A stretch of 63,148 nucleotides of DNA, filler included, from Cercozoa sp. M6MM (taxonomy: Eukaryota; Protista; Endomyxa: Ascetosporea): NCBI GenBank assembly GCA_040357565.1. It is 8 parts of 8 records of this genome, joined end to end, with 100 filler letters (N's around TTAATTAATTAA, not from the genome) between each part and the next. Parts side by side here need not be neighbours in the genome. Positions count along the whole stretch, not along the records: positions 1 to 25,900 come from JBDODJ010000153.1; 7 more parts are not named here. The stretch is one strand, 5' to 3'. The position numbers and the translations under genes were made by a program. Below are positions 12,960 to 23,143 of the stretch, piece by piece. Below the pieces are notes generated by a model, which had not been told where the DNA came from, ran no database searches, and saw nothing but the letters and a program-made list of their open reading frames with translations. Numbering within the stretch: position 1 is the stretch's first letter; each line of letters opens with the position of its first letter.

Positions 12960-15353
12960 GCTGAGTGTAGAACACGAATCGCAAAACGATGAGTACCCAT
13001 AATTTGCGGATTATCCTTCATTGCCTTGCTGAGGTAGTTGATTTGCGCTCCAGTTGCACAATACTACAATAGATCGATACTCATTTGTTTACGAAGGAAA
13101 GTATCGGACGTACCATCTGTCCATCTTGTGCGGTCACATATGCCAGGACGGGCTCGCTACTGCTCATACAACGGCTCAGATAAACTGAGATGTCCACAGA
13201 TGGTCCACAACAAAACAAGTGTACCTCAGGTCAATTCCGGTGGCTTCCACGCGATCGGCATCGTCGACCTCACCCTCAAGCTGCACAGCTCTGCGGAACA
13301 CAGGTGAACTCCCAGCAGAGAAACAACCAACGGCTGAGGTACCCGAGAACCAGCGTGACGAACGCAGCCACTGCGAACAGCACGGCGAAGAGCGTCGACA
13401 GCAAGCGCAGCTTTCGCACGCGGTCGCGAATGGCCAACTAACATAACGCATAGGCCATGTGCCATGGACAAGGGCACCCGGCTTGAACATACACATAAAT
13501 ACCTGGGAGGCAGAAGAGTACGACGATGATGACATTGACATCGATTGCGATGCCGCCGATGACGAAGCAGACACGTAACTGTGTGGCGCATCGAACTCTC
13601 AAGAAACTACACTGACTTAAGGAGGCAATCAGACAATGTACCTAGATTCGACGCCAACAAAGTCAAAGTCGTTGCCGCTCTTTTCTTTTTCTGTGAGAAG
13701 GCAGATATTATGTAAATCACACAGTCAAATCAGGAGCATTGGCACACCGTCACTCGCGTCTTTGATTTTGATTTCTTCTGCCGCAACCAATGCTTCCTGC
13801 GCGAAGGTTCACATAGACATATACACGACAGACACAACAGACAACACACATAGGGCAGCAAAATGCACCAGCTTGCTGCGTGCTTTGCGTGCCTTGTGAT
13901 GCAGCACAGCTTCCAGTATCGATAGACGTCGGCGCCTCCATTCTGAGAGAACAGTGAGTGGTGTGTGTGCGTGTGTGTGAATGTGTGTGTGTGTGTGTGT
14001 GTTACCAAAGAACAGAATAAAGGCGACGAGCACAAGGCCTCCGAGGGACAGCAGCACAATCCCCATTGTCTAAAGTTAAAGCATTCCGCACATTCGCGAA
14101 GTCTCAACAAATTTTGTTCTAAAGGCAGCGGAAACGACAAACCTCGAGAACTTGCGCATCATCAGTCACCTGCGTGCAACAAAGAGTGACCTCAAGACAC
14201 ACATAAAGATATCGGCAAAGATACATGCTCCAACAACAGGTTCTGCAAGTAGCTCTCCACTGGGTGGCCTAATCAAAAGAGAAGCAAGGTTAACATGAGT
14301 ACGGGAAAAATGAAACATTCGAAAAAACAACCGCACCTGCGGTATCGTAAGTTTCGATTGAAAATGTGTATGGCAGAACAATCTCGCTGTAGGTTTGGAC
14401 CGCATCTTTGCTTCCAATGATTTGGCTCTGTTTTGTGTTCACAAAAGCAATGCAATCATCGCGAACGATGCAAAACCACACGCGATGCAAGAAAAAACCC
14501 ACCTCATAACCTGCCATGATGTCGTATGCCGTTCTTCGGTTTTTCAGTTCCTCAATTGCAGTCTCTGCACAGCGAACATCCTGATACCGTCGCATTTTCT
14601 CGGGACGCACATGCGCTGCACAGAGCCTGTACCGTTGCCGAGTCGTTCAAATTCGTCGGTGAGCGAGTCCATGAGCACGTCGATTTCGCCCTTGGCGGAC
14701 TTGTATCTGGCGACGTCGGCCGACACTAGACAGACGTAGAGTGGTGAACATACAGTGCGCGACTACGTGGGCTGCAATATACCCTCCTCGTCACTCCGAT
14801 TTCTGGCGCTGCCCTGTATTCAACAGGATGCGACCAGATTCAAAGCATCGCATGGACTGAACTGACAGTGAGCGTGACGTTAATGTAGGTCACTTGTGAC
14901 ATAACTCGGTGGACGGACACTGCAGCACAAAGTTTGTTCACATTCAAAAGACAAATGAACTGTGCAAAGTACAAGAGTTAAACGTCTGCAGCCGTGCAAT
15001 GTCGTCGTCAACCTTCTCGCCTATTAGTTTTTGAAACTGCACGTTGACTATTGTCGATCCGGCCTGAGTTGCGCCAAAGTAGCGTGTCGCGTGTTTTTCC
15101 GTTCATTACAGGTTCACTTAATATCAAATGCGTACCAACGAGCCAACGAGAAGAACGATCAACATCACGCTGATCGAATTGGCGCTCCGGGACGCCTTAG
15201 TGTACTGAAAACACACATGCACGTGCCGAGGTATATATATATATATATACACGTGAAAAGTAAAATTTATATTTATGTATCTTTCCAGGACCCAGATAAT
15301 ATGTGTACCTGCACATGCGCCGCGTCTAACGCCCGAAGGTCGAGGTTTCCCAT
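11234..15353 (-). CDS. Four-TM receptor-like protein with C-terminal RGS domain (start uncertain)
   Basis: RGS: CLEIFTKFVESQVNRENLDFLQ..YAKIVDTYIRTDAPY/EVNISARMR..EEVRCLVTENS|VLPFVASAEFQ. Four hydrophobic segments (SISVMLIVLLVGSLAGSTIV; GIVLLSLGGLVLVAFILFF followed by EWRRRR; LLSTLFAVLFAVAAFVTLVL; AAGLACFSLLLLATVAAILA). The TM2-TM3 linker exons were checked and are phase-consistent. Confidence 0.72.
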
Positions 15354-15580
15354 CCTGCCAAAACACAGACTGAGAAACAACTTAATGATGATGTTTGCGT
15401 TGTGCAGTGCGGTGAAAAAACGCAGCGACTTGACATCAGGGAACAGGGTACCGAGAGCCCGATGCTCGCGTGCTATCTGAACCGCGGAGCTTGTGTACGT
15501 CTCGACAAGCTCACCGGCAGTGTTGGTTTTGATTGGGATTTCGGTTTCACTGGTTGCTTGCAAACAATAAAGACGTACCA

Positions 15581-15970
15581 ACAGCACTGATAGCAATGCG
15601 ACACACGTAGCTGCTGTTTACTGTACGATCAGTAACGATCTGCGAATTCGGCTCTTTTTGGCGAGCCTGGCCGGTGGGCGAAAGCACTGAGCAGTTTAAA
15701 CCCGTGACGGAGCCTTCGTTTCAGTGCCTTGGTTCCAGTACGAGGAATTGAGAAGTAGCGTGGTTGTGTGTTCACTTCTGACCGGCAGCCGGAACGAAAC
15801 GCGATTTCTTGATTAAACGCCTTGCATCAACGGGTTGCCCATAGTGTCCACTCACGACTTCCGTCGGGTGGGTCAATCGAACACCACTTTACGCTAATGT
15901 GTATCGATACAGTGCAATATTATCATAGTTCTACTGCCACCTGGACAGTGCTGTATTCTCTTTAAGGCAT
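15581..15970 (-). ncRNA. Candidate structured non-coding RNA of uncertain identity (RNase P/MRP-like core, or U11-like)
   Basis: No listed ORF of 60 aa or more covers 15597-15968. Many helices whose wobble pairs are G-U on the minus strand: AAGGCACUGA/UCAGUGCUUU, AGAAGUG/UACUUCU, GGCUC/GAGCC and a 16-19 bp interrupted helix 15946-15925/15887-15863. P4-like GGAAG-U-CGUG / CACG-CUAC. Confidence 0.45.
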
Positions 15971-16089
15971 GATCGCGGCCAAATTGATGTTTCGATTGAA
16001 ACAACTAAGCGGCGGACGCCTAGTCGGTAGAGGATCGGAGATTTTTAAGCCAGCAAGCGAGCTCACCGACGACTCAATCGCGGATCGTT

Positions 16090-17006
16090 CTAAGACGGTC
16101 CGCTCGAAGTCAACCCGGTGGAGGGGGTGGCGTTCTCCTGAGAAGGTGACGCGCGCGACAGACGCGGCAGACGAGTCGCTAGACTCGTCGACTTGGCCTT
16201 GAGAGCGTTCACCTTCGACGCTCGACGATCACCACGACAGTGGACGGAGATGGGTGCTGCTGGTGACTCAGCGGCTTGAGTCTTCGCGTCGCATGGAGAG
16301 GCGAGGGAAGAACGGTCAGACAAAAAACTAACCACTGCCACTGGCTGTCTGACCGACACATGCGCATGCCACTCACGTTGTGTGCACGGTAACGCGAGCG
16401 AATTCGGCGGCTTGCTGTGATAATGCCATGGCCATGGGACGGGGCCAGGCAAAATGCACAAAGCGTGCGGGGGCTCCCCGTAACCCTTATTGTACCCACT
16501 CCACTACTAGCAGCTTTTTCGTCACGATGCTAGTGTTGCAGACGCGTGTGTGTGCACGCTTTCATACGCACGGTGCTGGCTTGGCACCTTCGCGTTCAAA
16601 CGCAAACACAAACATCCCAAGAGAACAATTGCAGAGTACAGTACATGCAGTATTATGATGCAGTACAATGGTGAGTGTTCGGCAGGGTCGATCTGGATGC
16701 TTGTTTCAGACGCCTTCAATGTTCATGAAGTGACATATATATAAAAAATCCAAACACAAAAAAAGGTACGACGAATGGGGCCAGTTCCCACATGCGGACT
16801 GGAAACAAGTCGCTGGGGAGGTTATCTTGCTCCTGCAGTAACAAATTTGGCAACCACTATACCAAGCTACGTAGTAAGCGAGATGGCGCTACCTGTGCTC
16901 GTACGATGCGCAAAGAAGCCGAAGCCATGACTCGGCGAAACTGTCGAAGCGACCGGGTGATGGAGCCATCCTTCAGGTCGAAGTAAAAGCCATCTCCGTA
17001 AATCTG

Positions 17007-17058
<52 letters not shown>

Positions 17059-18090
17059 GTCAACCCCCTGGTATCTAAGAGTCCCTGTATCGGCAAGTTT
17101 TAGAGCACACACATTGTGGTTTTCCTTTAGAACCAATCGGCCGCCTTGCTGTCAACAATAACAATACTACTACTGAAAGAGCAACAACGACTCAGTTGTA
17201 AACTGAGAGGCTACCTTGAGTGAAGCTGCACAGCGTTTAAGCGTCGCAATGAGATCGTCGTCTCGTGCGTTATCTGTCGACCATTGCATGAAGACTACAT
17301 TTAAAAAATGATAGCTCACAGTAGTCAAGCAGTCCAACGAAACAAAGCGGTGCAGCGCACCGAGATCGTAGGAATTCGCTGGCGGGTTGAAATGTCGCAT
17401 GCTCTGACAAATGAGCTTGCGAGGTTTGTCACCACACCGCTTCTTGGCCGCTTTTACCATGTGCTACATATAATCACACTAACCCGATGCACGGAGCTGA
17501 AAGCTGTGTCTTACAGGTAGTGCATCAACAAGATCGACATGTTCAAAGCGTTCAAACAGTACAGCGTCGGCAACCCTCCCGATGCCAGCACACAAATCGA
17601 CACACGTCTCGGTGGTTTCGAACGCTATTTCGTCTAGAAACTTTGCAGTTGCAGCCACATCGACACCATGAATTCTGGAACCAGTGTACAGTGTTATTGG
17701 TATATCCGCAGTTATGAAATCAGTGTACTGTGTTATTCCGCCTAAAACGCCATCTTCGTTGGCCTATCCATTACGCATTTGGTGTATATACAGGAAAATG
17801 GAAGGCAGAATTGTACCGAAGCTTTGCGCCAAGCGCTGCGGCACGTGTCATGCCTGAAACAAATTGCCAGCAAAAGCTGAGTTAGGTATTTCAGCAGGGG
17901 CAGAGGTACGATACCAACACTGCCCGAAAAGCTCCCAGACGGAGCTACTGTCAGCATACGTCCGCCCAGCACTGTCGAAGCCAGGTTCTTGGCGGAAAAC
18001 CTGCAGGTTCATGGTACAATTGTGCCTGTACAAAACCTGGCGAGATATTGATGACTATATTATTACACATCCGCGTAAATCGTCCTCCAT
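16090..18090 (-). CDS. NTMT1: Alpha-N-terminal protein methyltransferase (NTMT1/Tae1) with an apparent C-terminal extension (3' end uncertain)
   Basis: AWRKAS|ANEDGVLGGITQIHGVDVAATAKFL..CVDLCAGIGRVADAVLFERFEHVDLVD..DDDLIATLKRCAASLK..LVLKEN..FYFDLKDGSITRS..LPSDLFPVRMWELAP. Confidence 0.88.
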
Positions 18091-18120
18091 CGAGTTGAAC
18101 AGCAGCTGCTAGTACAAGTT

Positions 18121-18170
18121 GCATTGTACTGTGTACTGTCAGCCGTACAGTACTGTACAGTACAGTATTG
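18121..18170. promoter_or_regulatory. Cluster of GTACTG/CAGTAC motifs with palindrome GTACAGTACTGTAC (18145-18158) in a divergent intergenic region
   Basis: Seen in the sequence 30-80 nt upstream of the NTMT1 ATG; a regulatory role is inferred only from position. Confidence 0.3.
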
Positions 18171-18360
18171 TTTTAGTTTAAACTTGATTAAATCTGTTTA
18201 TTATTGTTGTCTCGGCACAGACACGTGCTGTAAGTGTGCGCAAGTGCGTGCAACTACTCCAGTTTTTAAGTTTCATGCCTGTTGTAGCGTTCCATAGCGC
18301 AATCGTGTACTCTTCATGCCATCGTTGTTTTCTTTTCTAGCCGAAACTCCTTGAGTAGCT

Positions 18361-19698
18361 ATGGTGCCACTACACCCCTGGGTGAGCGCGTGGTGCGTCG
18401 TCTTCTTCGCAATGGCATCACCCCGGTGCTAGGTATCTCGCGCAGCTCGTGTCGCTATGTGTGCTAGCGTGTGGATGCAGCGGGCCCGTCGCTGGAGACC
18501 CTGACGGTGTTGCGGGGCAGGTGTAAGCAGTCGCTGACCGTGCTTGATTTCGTGCTGGCTGAGGTGGCACGTCCTCAAGCTGTTGTTTTTTTTTTGTGTC
18601 GCGTTAGACATTGGGATTTACAGCTGCAAGAAGTGCGACGTCAATTGCGTCAGTGCAAGTCGGTTTGTGTGTTGCAGTGTGTCGACTTGTCTTTTGAGGT
18701 TCCTCTTGTCTGCCTTGTGTGCCTTGTATTTTCTGCGATCCCAACTTGTGTTTCAGGAAACACGCGTCCTCGTGGAAGCGTGTTTGCACACGCAGAAGCA
18801 CTGGCTGCATGCGTGCTTGTTGCCGGCACACAAGTATTCTTGTGCTGTGTGAGTTGCACAGAGAGGGGTATTTGCATGTGTGTGTGTGTGTATGTGTGTG
18901 TATGTACCTTAGAGAGAAAGTGGCTGCTCGGGTCGCATGTGAGTTCGCTGACCGCGCTGAGTCGCTTGGTGTGCTTTTGATGTCAGGTGCGTTTTACCCC
19001 CCCCCCCCCCCGCGCATGTACTCCTTATTCTTGTGGTGTCGTGTGGTTAGGACTCAGTTATAACGAGCTACCGCCTCGCTTTCTGTCACTGCATGCTCGA
19101 CGCTTGGTGTGCGATTACTTTCGGCGGCACTACACGGGAAATCCACTCTGCGATCAAGACGCCGATAACAGTGACGCGAACGGTAGCACATACTGCTTCT
19201 AGTCTGAGAGGAATAAGTTCAGATTCGAGGTTGAGTAGTATCGGCAAAACCGCCACAAGAAGAAGAAGTCGACCTGAAGGAAAGTGACTTTTTCGATGAC
19301 GTCGATATCGTCGATCTGACTGGTGCTTTCGACGGTGTAAGCGATGATCACGCTCGTTCTGACGGTGACACAGTGGGCCTACACAGTGATACCATGTGCG
19401 ACATGTACGATGACCACCTGCAAGTGAGCGTGTGTATCGCCGCCTTCAATGACGGTTCACGCTCCTCCCTCCAGGTATTGGACGTAACTTGCATGATATT
19501 TTGGGGTGCCGTATGCTTGGATTTGCAGGCGCTCCGATCGGCGCTCTTGTCACTCGCTGCGTATATATATATATTTAGGTGTGTGTGTGTGTGTGCATGC
19601 GTGTGTAGCGACGAGAACAGAGAGCCGCCATTTCTGCGTGAGAGCACCTTCTTGTTGCCGCCTCCAGCATCGCGTCCCTGGCGGTATACACCGCATTC

Positions 19699-19741
<43 letters not shown>

Positions 19742-20590
19742 GTGTGTTTGTGTGTGTGTGTGTGTGTTGCTATGTCATGTATGTGCATCCGTCAGGACAT
19801 TGTGCGTGCAACAAGCACCTGATCGCTTCGCTCAAGTTGACTGTACATCGTCTTCCATCCCTCAGTTTATCTCCGCGCGTTCGTTCATCTTGCAGTGAGC
19901 ACGTAGGGTACCACGCGTGCGTGTTGCTGGCTGCCAATTCGACACTGGGACGTCTTGTTCTTTCCTGTATCTTAAGTTCATCTGCGTGTGTTTATGTTAC
20001 ACTCACGTACATGCACTCAGCGAACTTCATCCAGAGCTACTTGCAAAACGGTGCGCTAGATTCTTCTTTCGTTGTTCACATCGATTGGATTTTACGCATA
20101 TTTCTTGCGCATTGCTTCTTTAGTTGAGGTAAACGCCGAGGAAGCACGTGATGAGCGCTTGCTGCTGAGAGCACGCGCGCATTTGGGACACTGTACGAAA
20201 GTGACGCACATGGTGGTATATTTTGTTTGACAGTTTCCATGTATTCGCGCGTACACTTGTTGATGATGTATCTGCTGTAGATACCGCCTGCGTTACAAAC
20301 AACAGAACTTTGTCTCGCTGAGGTACTACTTGCTCTGTTGTTACATATGGCCGTTCGTTGACCTCTTGCTTACTTCTCCTCACAGGCCGTGCGGCGAGTT
20401 GCTGCTGGAGATTTCCGCGTTGGTCATCGGGCTGCTGTTGAATGGTAGGGCGTGTATACACCTTGAGTGTACTTGTGTGTGTGTGTATGTGTGTGTGTGT
20501 GTGTGTCAACAGCTGGGGCGAGCGTTTTTTGAGCGAAGTGCCGGATTTGCACTGCGACATCGGCGATTTCGACTTGAATTAATCCCCTGA
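18361..20590 (+). CDS. Hypothetical multi-exon protein (boundaries approximate)
   Basis: Chain of GC-rich exons with GT-AG introns (e.g. RKVAARVACEFADRAESLGVLLMS; GLSYNELPPRFLSLHARRLVCDYFRRHY; acidic DFFDDVDIVDL); no family recognised. Confidence 0.5.
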
Positions 20591-20819
20591 CTTCGATCAT
20601 TCCGTTCGACACCGTCTCTGGCATTCTTGATGCCCGGTCGGTAAATTCAAAACGAATGAAACCGAATGCGAGACTGGGAGTGGTCGGCTTAGTTGGTCAG
20701 GGTCGCGTGCGTGAACATCGATATCTCGTCGACGCGTACAGTAGAGTCGTGTACGTGACGTTGTTACTGTCAACATCAATCAATCTGTTACCGCAGCCTT
20801 TCAGAAATTGAGGCTTTGG

Positions 20820-21278
20820 TAGTGCAAAAGAGTACTATCAGGAAAAAGACTAAAGAAACAAATGGAATCGATGTGAAGAAGAATTGAGTCAGTAGACGTA
20901 GTCAGTTCAGAGGTAGTTACCCCAAGATAGGGTCGGCAAAGTACAGGAAGTAGACTGGTCGGGAAGGATGAGAGGCCCGGGAGTCAGAAGAAGGAAGGAA
21001 AGAGAAGGAGGGACGTAAAGGAGAAAAAGAAAGGCTCTCTGTGCTGTTGAGTAGAGAGCCTTTTCAGGAAAGGAGCAAAATCTTGCTCTTTCGATGTCAG
21101 TCAGACAAACACAATACACCACACTTCTCAAAGTGCTTAATGAATAGCTTTCTTCCGCGCGGAGCACCAGAACTCAGACAGATCTGACTGGCCGGATGGA
21201 AAATACCGTTTCGTAACAAATCTACGGCTGACTACTTGCTCCGCGTGCGGTGGAAGCGCCTCTTATGTCAAAAAGAAG
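20820..21278 (+). mobile_element. Decayed retroelement pol fragment (RT N-terminal part), plus-strand copy
   Basis: Intron-free, purine-rich stretch with in-frame stops. It reads DWPDGKYRFVTNLR at about 21185-21227 (RT-type K-PDG-x-Y/W-R motif), and 21150-21215 is homologous to the inverted copy at 22030-22090. Confidence 0.55.
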
Positions 21279-21500
21279 TGAAGTATTTTGCAAAGGTTGA
21301 GCGGAGAGCTGGTAACGTAACAATTGCGGAGAGCTGGTAACGTAACAATTGTGTTCGGTTGCCTAGCTTAACCAGTTACCCTGTGTTTGGAAAGTGGCGA
21401 GCAGCTCGAAACTGCTTCAAGACGTGCTGGTCGACACCAAAGCACTGACTTGCTTTATGTTAAGCAGGCAAGAGGGTTTAGTTTGTTGTTGAGTTCTTCA
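21279..21500 (-). mobile_element. Putative 222-bp LTR (TGAAG...CTTCA termini) with adjacent polypurine tract
   Basis: 5-bp terminal inverted repeats TGAAG (21279-21283) and CTTCA (21496-21500). Minus-strand A6G8 tract (21514-21501) directly precedes the TG start. Contains a 25-bp tandem duplication at 21301-21350. Confidence 0.65.
21301..21350. repeat. Perfect 25-bp tandem duplication GCGGAGAGCTGGTAACGTAACAATT x2
   Basis: Read directly from the sequence. Confidence 0.95.
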
Positions 21501-21514
21501 CCCCCCCCTTTTTT

Positions 21515-22160
21515 GAAGTTCTCCCGGGACATCTTCTTTAAGGACAGGTGGCGGGTGTACGAGACGTACTACACTAATAACGGCGAGGTCGGTACAAGAA
21601 CAGTACAAGGCATGGATCCTCTCCGTCCTGCGTAAGATCGATATGGCACAGCACTCTGGTTAGAATAGTACCGGACGCAACGGCCACAAAGAAGGAAAGA
21701 TCCTCGGCAGAATCATCAAGACAACGAACAGACCCAGATGGACGATACGGAAGAGAGGATGAATACCACAAGCACAGGTGAGAGGAGCTCTCGAACAGAG
21801 CAGAGATACAACAAGTGTACGCAACTGGCTACGGCTGGGGTTAGTGGAAGGCCTAGATCTGGCAGTGGCAAAATCATCAAAGCGACTATCTAAACTTATG
21901 ATGCAGAAAGGGTTGCCATCATGCAATGCATCGGACAAAGTCTTGCGTGTGTTGTCTTCAACAAGCCTTCGCGACATTCGCATCAAGCTTTTGACGACAT
22001 TTTCTACAGCTGAAGGTACGGTACCAGTGATACGAATCAATATTCTCCATCCGGTCGGTCAGTCTGAGTCTGGTGCTCCGCGCAGAGAAAGTCACACGTA
22101 ATCCCTTGTTGCTGCCAAAGCCTGATTTACTAAAGGCTGACGTTATATTTCCTTTCATAT
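21515..22160 (-). pseudogene. Frameshifted reverse-transcriptase pseudogene of an LTR-type retroelement
   Basis: Collinear decayed RT motifs across frames: PDGEY*FV (22054-22031), KTLSDALH (about 21945-21922), GLPLTPAVA (about 21853-21827), CLDD (21723-21712), then PPT and LTR. Confidence 0.6.
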
Positions 22161-22348
22161 CTTAGTTAGACGTAAACGAAAGAACGACGCTTACGTTAAG
22201 TAGGACCAATAAATATAGTTTGCCGTTCCACCCCCGACTGGTGTAGGGGAACTACATACGTTAGTTGGTTTCATATAAGACTCATGAGACTAACTAACTG
22301 TAGTAGTTTTCCGTTTGCGTTGTAGCGTGTTAAAGCGTACTGACCGAT

Positions 22349-22836
22349 TTAGCCAACTACAGCATGGCGGCACTGACAGACAGCCTAAAAATGCACTAAC
22401 GATGCTTAGACCACGACACAGAGGCAAACACAGAGGGAGACACAAAAAGAACCATACCGTCTTATAGGTACTATGGCCATTGTCCTTAGCACAGAAGCCT
22501 GTATCAGCGAAGACACGTATGTCAGATAATGAGGAACACGCACGACATTGTTAAAACATACAATGAGCTGCGTAGTCGGCCGGGCAGCTGATTGAGCACG
22601 ACGGCTGGCCGCGCTTAATCGGAGAGCAGTCGCCAGTGGCGTGCTCGCAGCCACGACCCACGCAGCACGAAGAAATGCCAGTCTCTGTCATGGCAAATCA
22701 CACATGGGTACATAAAATAATTGAAGTACTTTAATTTAGGCAGAATAAATTTACGCCGGTTTGGTGAACCGCCTGCCGAACCTTGCGCTTGGACCACAGC
22801 GATTAGAGAGAACACAGCAACCAGCGCCTTCAGCAT
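22349..22836 (-). CDS. Small secreted cysteine-rich protein A (93 aa, 10 Cys, 4 exons)
   Basis: Exons 22836-22755, 22684-22562, 22498-22458, 22384-22349 with GT-AG introns give MLKALVAVFSLIAVVQAQGSAGGSPNRQTGISSCCVGRGCEHATGDCSPIKRGQPSCSISCPADYAAHCFCAKDNGHSTYKTAVCQCRHAVVG*. Confidence 0.82.
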
Positions 22837-23143
22837 CTTCACCTACAAGTACGCATCGTTTTTGGACACGTAGATGCAGACACAAAATGCAAACGCCACC
22901 GCCTCGCAGACGAGAAAAATGCACACAAGATTAAAGTCAGAGTGGGTAGACCCACAACAGGATAAGATGTACCGTGTATGTACTGCACAGCAGTGTATGC
23001 TGGTACTGACTGTATTGCGTCTACTGTATGTACGCTTGATACGCCTCAGTACTCGTCCTTTTCAAACGATCAGTCTTTCATTTCGGTACAAGTGTACACT
23101 AGTTTCGAGAGCCCTCCGGTCCCTACTATAGTGCCTAACCATC

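Noticed and set aside
13960-14002. Strict sense-strand bias of (TG)n in introns
   Set aside because: Counter-examples with (CA)n on the sense strand at 13960-14002, 53740-53828 and 58356-58401.
14565-14632. Apparent frameshift in the RGS gene between ..FERLGN and ..TAIEELK
   Set aside because: Resolved by a canonical 68-nt phase-1 GT-AG intron (LGN-E-TAIEELK).
15905-15925. ATTGCACT (U1A-binding loop) in a small minus-strand hairpin
   Set aside because: No U1 5' end, 70K loop or Sm site in register; treated as part of the larger structured element only.
21029-21064. 11-bp hairpin AAAGGCTCTCT/AGAGAGCCTTT followed by T-run, like a bacterial terminator
   Set aside because: Eukaryotic context inside a decayed retroelement; no evidence of bacterial origin.
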